A stretch of 64,000 nucleotides of DNA, from contig OZ241869.1 of assembly GCA_965202805.1 (NCBI GenBank), positions 352,001 to 416,000 of the forward strand. Reading direction: 5' to 3'. Shown here one piece after another: positions 41,053-48,708 of the stretch. Below the pieces are notes generated by a model, which worked only from the letters and a program-made list of their open reading frames with translations, made no database searches and was not told the DNA's origin. The first letter of the stretch is position 1; every line of letters starts with the position of its first letter. Made by a program: the position numbers and the translations under genes. Source of the DNA: Longimicrobiales bacterium (GTDB taxonomy: Bacteria; Gemmatimonadota; Gemmatimonadetes; Longimicrobiales; Gaopeijiaceae).

Positions 41053-42231
41053 TCAAGGTGCTGGCTTCTCCGCTGGGTCCGATGCGATGGATCGAACCAG
41101 GCGAAAGCCGGTCATGGTTTCTCGGTCGTCCCACGGGCCCGGCCAATGGTAGTGCCGAAAGGCAGCTGTTACGGACCAGGAGTAGGACGACCAGGAACTC
41201 CCTCGCCGCACGGGCCGTATGCAGGCGCCATCCTGCCACCATGGAGAATCCTCCGTCCTCGCGGAGCCATCGCCGGGATTCCCTTCATGAGTGTCATTCC
41301 AGCAGTCTGCGACCCATTCCGTCACGTTCCCGATTGTGTCGTGGAGTCCGAACGGATTGGACGGGAACGACCCTGCGGGAGTTGTGTTCCTGAGTTCCCA
41401 TCGGCGGCCCGGGCAGCCTTCACAGGTGAGCATGCCGGCGCCGAGCCCGTCCCCCCAATAGCGGGTTGTCGTCGTGCCGCCTCGCGCGGCGTATTCCCAC
41501 TCCGCCTCGCTGGGCAGGCGATAATCCTGACCCGTGCGGTCGCTGATCCATGTGACGTACTGGTCGACGTCGGGACGGGCGAGGTTGATCACCGGCCGGT
41601 CGTCGCGCCCCCAGCCGTTGTCGTCGGGCACATACGTACACCCTCCGGCGTCGGCACAGAGGTCCCATTCCCCGAACGTGATCTCATACTTTCCGATGGC
41701 GAAGGAGTACGCGATCCGCACCTCGGTGGGCGGGTTCTGCGCCTCCACCAGCCACTCGGGTGGCGGCGGGTTTCCGGGATCCGGCTGCTCGTGCGCGCCT
41801 CGTCCCATCACGAACTCACCCGGAGGCAGTTCGACCATCAGGGGGCATTCCGGACAGTCGCGAAACTCGTGAAATCCGGACGACGTCGGGATTTGCGCGT
41901 TGACGGCCGCGCCCGTCTCCCCTGAGGGGTCAATCGCCGTGCCCCGCTCGTTCGATTCGAAGTTCGCGATTCCCGTCACGCCTGCGGAGTCGCCCGCTGG
42001 TGCGGACTGCTCGTCGCGAGGCGTCGGCTCGCACGAGCCGGTGGCCAGCGCCAGCACGGCGGCTATCCATGGATTGGCTGTTGGAGATGGATGGCGCCAA
42101 GGGGCGTCGCATGGCGGGTTGGCTCGCGTTCGCCCTCCCGGGCGGCGGCGAGGACCAGCAGCTCGTGGAGCCCCCGGGCGAAGCCGTGCGCGTCGCATTC
42201 CAGGCCGGACGGCGAGATCTGGTTTGCTCAT
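41053..42231 (-). CDS. FGE-sulfatase-domain lipoprotein whose 5' end derives from a frameshifted padR relic
   Basis: Same FGE motifs; 42133-42231 is homologous to padR 38600-38697. Confidence 0.8.
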   Translation of the reverse strand: MSKPDLAVRPGMRRARLRPGAPRAAGPRRRPGGRTRANPPCDAPWRHPSPTANPWIAAVLALATGSCEPTPRDEQSAPAGDSAGVTGIANFESNERGTAIDPSGETGAAVNAQIPTSSGFHEFRDCPECPLMVELPPGEFVMGRGAHEQPDPGNPPPPEWLVEAQNPPTEVRIAYSFAIGKYEITFGEWDLCADAGGCTYVPDDNGWGRDDRPVINLARPDVDQYVTWISDRTGQDYRLPSEAEWEYAARGGTTTTRYWGDGLGAGMLTCEGCPGRRWELRNTTPAGSFPSNPFGLHDTIGNVTEWVADCWNDTHEGNPGDGSARTEDSPWWQDGACIRPVRRGSSWSSYSWSVTAAFRHYHWPGPWDDRETMTGFRLVRSIASDPAEKPAP

Positions 42232-43340
42232 GGCTGATCTTGCCTCCGTGAGTGCAGCTCGAGGTCCAACTCTTCCGCTTGGCTGGATGTGATGTCTCGC
42301 GCGAGACGAAAACCAGACATGTTGTAGCGGTTACTCCAGGGGCCCGGGTGGTAGAAGGTGCGGTAGGCAGCCGTTACGGCCCACGAATAGGATGTCCATG
42401 TACCGTCTCGCCTCACCGGTCGGATGCAGGTGCCGTCCTGCCACCACGGAGATTCCTCTATCCTCGCGGAGCCATCGCCGGGATTCCCTTCATGTGTGTC
42501 ATTCCAGCAGTCTGCAACCCATTCCCGTGCATTCCCGATTACGTCGTGGAGCCCGAAGGGATTGGCTGGAAACGATCCAGCAGGGGTGGTGTGATTGTCC
42601 GATCGGCCTGGACAGCCCTCACAGGTTACCATGCCGGCGCCGAGCCCGTCCCCCCAATACCGGGTTGTCGTCGCGCCGCCTCGCGCGGCGTATTCCCACT
42701 CCGCCTCGCTGGGCAGGCGGTAGGTCTGACCCGTGAGTCCGCTGATCCACATGACGTACTGGTTGACATCGGGATGGGCGAGGTTGATCACCGGCCGGTT
42801 GTCGCGCCCCCAGCCGTTGTCGTCGGGCACATACGTACACCCTCCCGCGTCAACGCAGAGGTCCCATTCCCGGAACGTTACTTCGTACTTGCCGATGGCG
42901 AAGGAGTATGCGATTCGCACCTCGGTGGGCGGGTTCTGCGCCTCCACCATCCACGCGGGTTGCGGCGGGTTCCCGGGATCCGGCTTCTCGTGCACGCCTC
43001 GTCCCATCACGTATTCGCCCGGAGGCAGTTCCACCATCAGGGGGCATTCCGCGCAGTCGCGAAACTCGTGAAATCCGGAAGAGGTCGGGATCTGCGGGTT
43101 GGCGGCTGCGCCCGTCTCCCCTGAAGGGTCGATTGCCGTAACCCGTTCGTCCGGTTTGAAGTTGGCGGTTTCCGTCACGCCTGCGGAGTCGCGTGCAAGT
43201 ACCGACTGCTCGTCGCGAGGCGTCGGTTCGCACGAGCCGGTGGCCAGCGCCAGCATGGCGGCGATCCATGGCCTGACTGTTGGAGGTGGATGGCCCCAAG
43301 AGGTGTCGCGTGGCGGGTTGGCTCGCGTTCGCATGTGCAT
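42228..43340 (-). CDS. FGE-sulfatase-domain lipoprotein
   Basis: LATGSC lipobox, FRDCAECPLMV, RLPSEAEWEYAARGG, GFRLAR. Confidence 0.88.
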   Translation of the reverse strand: MHMRTRANPPRDTSWGHPPPTVRPWIAAMLALATGSCEPTPRDEQSVLARDSAGVTETANFKPDERVTAIDPSGETGAAANPQIPTSSGFHEFRDCAECPLMVELPPGEYVMGRGVHEKPDPGNPPQPAWMVEAQNPPTEVRIAYSFAIGKYEVTFREWDLCVDAGGCTYVPDDNGWGRDNRPVINLAHPDVNQYVMWISGLTGQTYRLPSEAEWEYAARGGATTTRYWGDGLGAGMVTCEGCPGRSDNHTTPAGSFPANPFGLHDVIGNAREWVADCWNDTHEGNPGDGSARIEESPWWQDGTCIRPVRRDGTWTSYSWAVTAAYRTFYHPGPWSNRYNMSGFRLARDITSSQAEELDLELHSRRQDQP

Positions 43341-43359
43341 TGCGAGATCTCCGGCGTGC

Positions 43360-43404
43360 TATCGATGGTCGTTATTAGGACTCACAACATATCGATACAC
43401 GATA
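43360..43404. promoter_or_regulatory. paired TATCG-N5-CGATA palindromes
   Basis: tatcg-atggt-cgtta (43360-43374) and perfect tatcg-ataca-cgata (43390-43404), 30 bp apart. Confidence 0.7.
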
Positions 43405-43584
43405 GGTGGTGGCAACCTGATCAGCCCCGGTCTCGGCCGGCGTCGGCCGCACCTGTCCGCAGCAGCCGGCAGGTGGCGGTCGCGGTGAGTCGGCGCGGAT
43501 CCGATGAAAACACGTCACCTCGCCCGGTATCCGGGCGGGGCCGTGCATGGGTGCCCTCGTGCCAGCAGGCACTCCTCCGCGAGT

Positions 43585-43694
43585 CACGAGAGGGGCAGTA
43601 GATCGAGCTTGGCGCGCTGCTCGGGTAAGCCGTGGAACACGGTAAGCGGCTTGCCCGGTCCGCCGGATGAGAGCACCATGCGGGCCGAGACCTT
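43585..43694 (-). pseudogene. relic paralog of the 35716-36390 gene
   Basis: Closely matches 36065-36173 (ggtaagcggcttgcccggtccgccg identical), with a 1-bp insertion and TGG->TGA. Confidence 0.75.
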
Positions 43695-43702
43695 TCGGTC
43701 TC

Positions 43703-43745
43703 CTGACGACTACTGTCGTATACTGTCTATTACTGACAATATCGA
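43703..43745 (+). repeat. right boundary repeat (three TACTG units, 10-bp period)
   Basis: ctgacga ctactgtcgt atactgtcta ttactgacaa tatcga; 37/43 identical to 20424-20466. Confidence 0.85.
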
Positions 43746-43835
43746 CGCCGCTCTAGACCCCCCATCCGCGCCCGTTGCCGGGTGCCGGGAGACGGCCCGC
43801 GTGCGCCTCAGGCAGAGGCCGGACCCGCCCCCGCG

Positions 43836-45146
43836 TCAGGCCGGTAACCCGTGCCGGATCACGTGCTCCATCGCGTCCCCGAAGCGGTCGAGCTCCTCGA
43901 GCGTCGTGTACACGCTCGGGGTGATGCGCGAACCGGTGCACTCCTCGTGGCCGATGCCGACCGCGATGATGCGGTGTTCGTTCCACAAGTACTGGTTGAG
44001 CGCCCCGGGATCGACGCCGTCGATCTGCACGTTGGCGAGCCCGGCCGCGAAACCCGGCTTGCGGCTGGTGTGCAGGCGTACCCGGTCGTGCTGGAGCAGC
44101 CGGTCCGCCCAGTAGTCGCGCAGGTACACCATCCGTGCTTCCTTGCGCGCGCCGCCCATCCCCTGGTGGAACGTGAGCGCCTCCGCGATGGCCAGGTAGT
44201 TCGCGGCGGGATGGGTGCCGATCTCCTCGAATTTGCGGATGTCGCCGTCCCGGCTCTCGGGGGCGGCGGTGAGCGGCCAGACCTCCGGGATTCTCTCCCT
44301 GCGGATGTAGAGCAGGCCGGTGCCGTGGGGCGCGAACAGCCACTTGTGCAGCGAGGTGGCGTAGAAGTCCACGTCCAGTTCGCCCAGATCGAAGTCGAAG
44401 TGGGCGAGTGCGTGGGCTCCGTCCACCAGCACGGGGATGCCGTGGCGGCGGCCCAGGGCGGTGAGCTCCTTCACCGGCAGGATCTGGCCGGTGAGGTTGA
44501 TCATGTGGCAGCACAGGATCATTCGGGTGCGCGGGGTGATGGCCTCCTCGAACAGCCGCACTATTTCCGCCGGATCCTCGGCGGGCACGGGGATCCGGAT
44601 CTGCTTCAGGACGATGCCGTCGCGCCGCTCCCGCTGCCGGAAGGTGGTGATCATGCGCCCGTAGTCCTGGGTCGTGGTCAGGACTTCGTCGCCCGGCTCC
44701 AGGTCGAAGCCGTGCTGCAGGATCTGAAGCCCCTCGGAGGCGTTGCGGGTGAGGGCGATTTCCTCGGCGTCCACGCCCCACTCGCGGGCCAGGCGCGCGC
44801 GCACCGTCTCGCGCTGCGGCTCCAGGATCTGCCACATCGTGTAGGTGGGGGCCTCGTTGGAGTAGTCGAGGTGGCGCTTCATCGCCTCCTGCACCCAGCG
44901 CGGCGAGGGGCTCACCCCTCCGTTGTTCAGGTTGATGAGGCTCCGGTCGACGGTGAACGCACGGGCCACCTCGACCCAGAAGTCCTCGTCGCGCGCGATC
45001 TGCCCGGGGGTCCCGGACCAGCCGCCCAGCTCGTCGGCGATCTCGCGGGCGCCCGCGGAGAGGCGGGTGGGCAGAAGAGGGAGTCCGGCGGCGGCCGCGG
45101 CGGGCACGGCCATGGAACCGAGAAACTGGCGGCGGCTGGGCATCAT
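43836..45146 (-). CDS. class V PLP-dependent aminotransferase (isopenicillin-N epimerase/selenocysteine lyase-like) with Tat signal
   Basis: MMPSRRQFL Tat motif, LNNGGVSPSP, TRNASEG, VDGAH, SLHKWLFAPHGTG. Confidence 0.9.
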   Translation of the reverse strand: MMPSRRQFLGSMAVPAAAAAGLPLLPTRLSAGAREIADELGGWSGTPGQIARDEDFWVEVARAFTVDRSLINLNNGGVSPSPRWVQEAMKRHLDYSNEAPTYTMWQILEPQRETVRARLAREWGVDAEEIALTRNASEGLQILQHGFDLEPGDEVLTTTQDYGRMITTFRQRERRDGIVLKQIRIPVPAEDPAEIVRLFEEAITPRTRMILCCHMINLTGQILPVKELTALGRRHGIPVLVDGAHALAHFDFDLGELDVDFYATSLHKWLFAPHGTGLLYIRRERIPEVWPLTAAPESRDGDIRKFEEIGTHPAANYLAIAEALTFHQGMGGARKEARMVYLRDYWADRLLQHDRVRLHTSRKPGFAAGLANVQIDGVDPGALNQYLWNEHRIIAVGIGHEECTGSRITPSVYTTLEELDRFGDAMEHVIRHGLPA

Positions 45147-45252
45147 CGGGTCTCTCCTGCGGGGGATGGGCGCTCGCTCCGTTGCAGCCACGATACGACG
45201 CGGAGCATCGAATGTCACCTGCCCATGGCCGCAGTCGACGACGGGCAGAGGA

Positions 45253-45339
45253 GCGGCCCCGGGCGTGAAGCAATGCGTGGCCCCGTTACGCAGGCGCATC
45301 CGGTTCTGCGGGGCGGCCCCGGGCGTGAAGCAATGCGTG
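45253..45339. repeat. two identical 27-bp direct repeats, 60-bp period
   Basis: gcggccccgggcgtgaagcaatgcgtg at 45253-45279 and 45313-45339. Confidence 0.85.
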
Positions 45340-45516
45340 CCTCAGGTGCCTCTGCGGGCGTCCCGAACCGGGAACATTTCGACCGTCGACGGGCTATTCC
45401 GGCGTCGTCTTCGTGCTTGCCAGCAGCCCATCCGGTCCCACGCGGCCCATCCCTCGAAACCTCACCCGTCTTGCGCGGTGCGAGGCAACCCAGGCATGAA
45501 CAGGAAGAGGATTGCG

Positions 45517-47736
45517 ATGCCGAAGTTGCCTTGTCCGGTCTGCGTCCGGGTCTGGGCGGCCGCCCTCCTGGGCGCTGCCTGTCCCGCCGTGGCGCAGGCG
45601 CCGCCGGATGAGACGGATCCGGACTCGACGGCCTTCCAGCTGGATCCCCTGGTGGTGACCGCGACCCGCCTGGCGACCACCACCGACGAGCTCGCCGTGT
45701 CGGTCAACCTGGTGGGGCGCGCCGAACTGCGCGGCCAACCCAACCGCCTCCTCCTCGATGCGCTGGTCGCCGAGCCCGGCGTGCTGGTGCAGCAGACCAC
45801 CGCGGGGCAGGGAGCCGCCTTCGTGCGTGCGCTCACGGGCAGCCAGGTGCTCCTGATGGTCGATGGCGTGCGGCTCAACAACGGCACCTTCCGCCAGGGC
45901 CCGAGCCAGTACCTGTCCTCCGTGGACCCCGAGATCATGGAGCGCATGGAAGTCGTTCGGGGCGCTTCCTCGACGCTTTACGGCTCTGATGCCATGGGGG
46001 GGGTCATCAACGTGATCACGCGGCGCGCGGGCGACCTGCTCGAGCCGGGCGAGAGCTGGATGACGGAGGGTTCCTATACCTTCGACGGGGCCACCAGCGG
46101 GAGCCGCGCGCGGGTCTCGACGGCAGCCGCGGTGCCGGGTTTTCTGTCGGGCCTGGAGCTCTTCGGAGGCGGCAGCTTCGGCTCCTGGTCGCACCTGAAG
46201 CCGGGCGGGGGTCTCCCGCCCCAGGATCCGACCGGCTACGACCAGTGGAGCGGCGACCTGCGCCTCGACCTGCAGGCCACCCGCCGGCTGCGCATCGAGA
46301 TGGCCGGCCAGCATGCCGAGCAGAGCGACGTCCCGCGCTACGATCGCTACGTCGACTTCCGGGCTCCCGGTGTGGCCGGAGGAGGGGTGGGCCGCAGCGC
46401 GCTCTATCTCTTCGAGCCCCAGGACCGCTCGCTCGCGCGCCTGAAGGGGACCCTTGCCACGAGCCGGCCCTGGATGTCCACCCTGGACGTGCAGGTGTCC
46501 TGGCAGGTTCAGCGCGAGGGCCGCTCGATCCGCGGGCAATCGCTCAGGGACGACATCCTGGTGCCCTCCGACCGCGTCCGCTACGTGACCGACGACGTGC
46601 GCTCGGTGGCGCTGGATGTCCAGGGGCAGGCGATTCACGGCGATGGCCGAGGCGGCGTCACCTACGGGCTGGAGGTCTGGGACAACCTCACCCGCTCGCA
46701 CGGCCGCGAGGAGAACCTGGCCACGGGCGCAACGACCGCGTCGCTCCGTTGGAGCGGGGGGGAGGCCGTGCCCACGGGGCGGTTTCCCGACGGCTCCCGC
46801 TTCGGCGGCGGCGCGCTGTATGCCTTCGCCGACGAGCCCTGGGGGAGGTTGCGGGTGCAGCTTGGCGGCCGCGCGAGCGTCTACCGGACCACCACCCGCG
46901 TGGGCGACGACTTCGGCGGGGACGTGGACTCCCGGGTCGGCAACGTCACCGGCGAACTCGGCCTCGTCTACCGGGCCGCCCAGGGAGTGTCGCTGCGGGC
47001 GCGGGCGGCCCAGGCCTTTCGCGCGCCCAACATCTACGATCTCACCCTGGTGGGCGACGTCCCCGGCGGCATCGCCCTGCCCAATCCGGACCTGAGTCCG
47101 GAGCGCAGCTACACCCTGGAGATGGGAGCCGCCTGGACCCGGGGCTCCACGACGGCGGAGCTGACCGTCTTTCGCATTGGAATCGATGATTTGCTGGAGC
47201 GCACCTTCGGGACGTTCCAGGGGCAGAGCATCTACGGGCCCGACGAACTCCCCGTGCTCACCATCCAGAACGTTGGCTCGGCCACCGTCGACGGTGTCGA
47301 GGGAGGCTTTTCCGGATCCCTCCCCGCCGGCGGACAACTGGACCTTTCGGCTTCGTGGACCCTGGGAGACGCGGTGGTCGCGCGCGACGGCGTGCTCGCC
47401 GAGGAGCCGCTCAGCCGCGTGCCCCCGGCAACGCTGTCGTATCGCGTGCGCTGGCCGTTGTCCCGCGACGGCCGGTCGGGCTGGATCGAGTATTTCGGCA
47501 AGGTGGCGGGCGGCCAGGACCGGCTCGGCTTCCGCGACCGGATCGACAGCCGCATCCAGGATGGGGGGACGCCCGCGTACCATGTGCACTCGCTTCGGGG
47601 AGGCGCCTCCTGGAGTGATCGTTTGCGCATCTCCGCGGGGATCGAGAACCTCTTCGACGAGCTGTATCGCGTTCACGGCTCGGGCATCGACGCCCCCGGC
47701 CGACACCTGTTCGTGCGGCTGGACGTGCGCAGCTGA
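45517..47736 (+). CDS. TonB-dependent receptor (heme/siderophore-receptor-like)
   Basis: LVVTATR TonB box, plug motif MERMEVVRGASSTLYGSDAMGGVINVIT, FRAPN, NPDLSPE, ENLFDELY. Confidence 0.9.
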   Translation: MPKLPCPVCVRVWAAALLGAACPAVAQAPPDETDPDSTAFQLDPLVVTATRLATTTDELAVSVNLVGRAELRGQPNRLLLDALVAEPGVLVQQTTAGQGAAFVRALTGSQVLLMVDGVRLNNGTFRQGPSQYLSSVDPEIMERMEVVRGASSTLYGSDAMGGVINVITRRAGDLLEPGESWMTEGSYTFDGATSGSRARVSTAAAVPGFLSGLELFGGGSFGSWSHLKPGGGLPPQDPTGYDQWSGDLRLDLQATRRLRIEMAGQHAEQSDVPRYDRYVDFRAPGVAGGGVGRSALYLFEPQDRSLARLKGTLATSRPWMSTLDVQVSWQVQREGRSIRGQSLRDDILVPSDRVRYVTDDVRSVALDVQGQAIHGDGRGGVTYGLEVWDNLTRSHGREENLATGATTASLRWSGGEAVPTGRFPDGSRFGGGALYAFADEPWGRLRVQLGGRASVYRTTTRVGDDFGGDVDSRVGNVTGELGLVYRAAQGVSLRARAAQAFRAPNIYDLTLVGDVPGGIALPNPDLSPERSYTLEMGAAWTRGSTTAELTVFRIGIDDLLERTFGTFQGQSIYGPDELPVLTIQNVGSATVDGVEGGFSGSLPAGGQLDLSASWTLGDAVVARDGVLAEEPLSRVPPATLSYRVRWPLSRDGRSGWIEYFGKVAGGQDRLGFRDRIDSRIQDGGTPAYHVHSLRGGASWSDRLRISAGIENLFDELYRVHGSGIDAPGRHLFVRLDVRS

Positions 47737-47760
47737 CCGGGCCCGCCTCAGGCGCGAGAG

Positions 47761-48708
47761 ATGATTCGAGTCACGTTTCTGGGCACGTCGGCCGCGTGTC
47801 CGACCGTGCGCCGCAACGTGAGCGCGATCGCCGTGCAGCGGGAGGGCGACCTCATGCTCTTCGACTGCGGCGAGGGCACCCAGCGGCAGATGATGCGTTA
47901 CGGCACGGGGTTCTCCCTGTGGGCGGTGTTCATCTCGCACATGCACGCGGATCATTTCGTGGGCGTGACCGGGATGCTGCGCACGATGGCGCTTCAGGGG
48001 CGGAACGAGCCGCTGCTGCTGACCTGTCCGGTCTCCGGGCGGCGGGTGCTTGAGGATGCCGTCCACCTCGGGTTCGACCGCCTGAGCTTTCCGGTCGAGG
48101 TCCGGGAACTGAGGCCGGGGGACTGCGTCTCGCGGGACGGCTATGAGGTGCGCGCCTTCCGGGTGAACCACGGCATGCCGGCGCTCGGCTACGCGCTGCG
48201 CGAGGATGACCGGCGGGGGCGGTTCGATGTGGAGAGGGCACGCGCGCTGGGCGTTCCCGAAGGCCCCGCCTTCGGCCTTCTGCACCGGGGCGAGGTGGTG
48301 GAGGTCGGCGGGCGGCGGGTCCGTCCGGAGGAGGTGGTCGGGCCGAGCCGGCCGGGTCGGACGGTGGTCTACACGGGCGATACCCGTCCCGTGCGTTCGA
48401 CGGTCGAGGCCGCCGCGGGAGCGGAGCTGCTCATCCACGAGTGTACGTTTTCCCGCGAGCAGCGCGCGCGGGCGCGCGCGACCTTCCACTCCACCGCCGC
48501 GGGCGCCGCGCGCGTCGCCCGCGACGCTGGAGTGGCCCGTCTCGCGCTCACGCACATCTCGGCCCGCCACTCGGAACAGCCGGCGCGCCTCGAGCGCGAG
48601 GCGCGCCGGCTGTTCCCGGCGACGGTCGTAGCGGCGGACGGGATGACCCTGGAAGTACCCTACCGGGACGACCCCGCCGCCTCCCCGCCCGCCGGAGAGG
48701 GAGGGTGA
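47761..48708 (+). CDS. rnz: ribonuclease Z
   Basis: FLGTSAACPT, FDCGEGTQRQ, SHMHADH, exosite GVPEGP, YTGDTRP, HECTF, LTHISAR. Confidence 0.93.
   Translation: MIRVTFLGTSAACPTVRRNVSAIAVQREGDLMLFDCGEGTQRQMMRYGTGFSLWAVFISHMHADHFVGVTGMLRTMALQGRNEPLLLTCPVSGRRVLEDAVHLGFDRLSFPVEVRELRPGDCVSRDGYEVRAFRVNHGMPALGYALREDDRRGRFDVERARALGVPEGPAFGLLHRGEVVEVGGRRVRPEEVVGPSRPGRTVVYTGDTRPVRSTVEAAAGAELLIHECTFSREQRARARATFHSTAAGAARVARDAGVARLALTHISARHSEQPARLEREARRLFPATVVAADGMTLEVPYRDDPAASPPAGEGG

Larger units (their letters stand above)
20424..43745. mobile_element. composite, partly decayed genomic (defence/accessory) island
   Basis: Bounded by 43-bp imperfect direct repeats; visibly more A/T and atypical codons; R-M, HEPN and AbiEii relic; many truncated genes; sits between two convergent core genes. 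No integrase in the window. Confidence 0.75.

Noticed and set aside
38694..43340. Complete diversity-generating retroelement
   Set aside because: No reverse transcriptase, Avd or AAC-rich template repeat in the window, and paralog differences include many synonymous non-adenine changes.
38694..43340. Catalytic formylglycine-generating enzymes
   Set aside because: The FGE active-site cysteine pair after RGGS is absent and no sulfatase is adjacent; treated as binding domains.
45253..45339. CRISPR array
   Set aside because: Only two repeat units, no degenerate third copy, no AT-rich leader and no cas genes.
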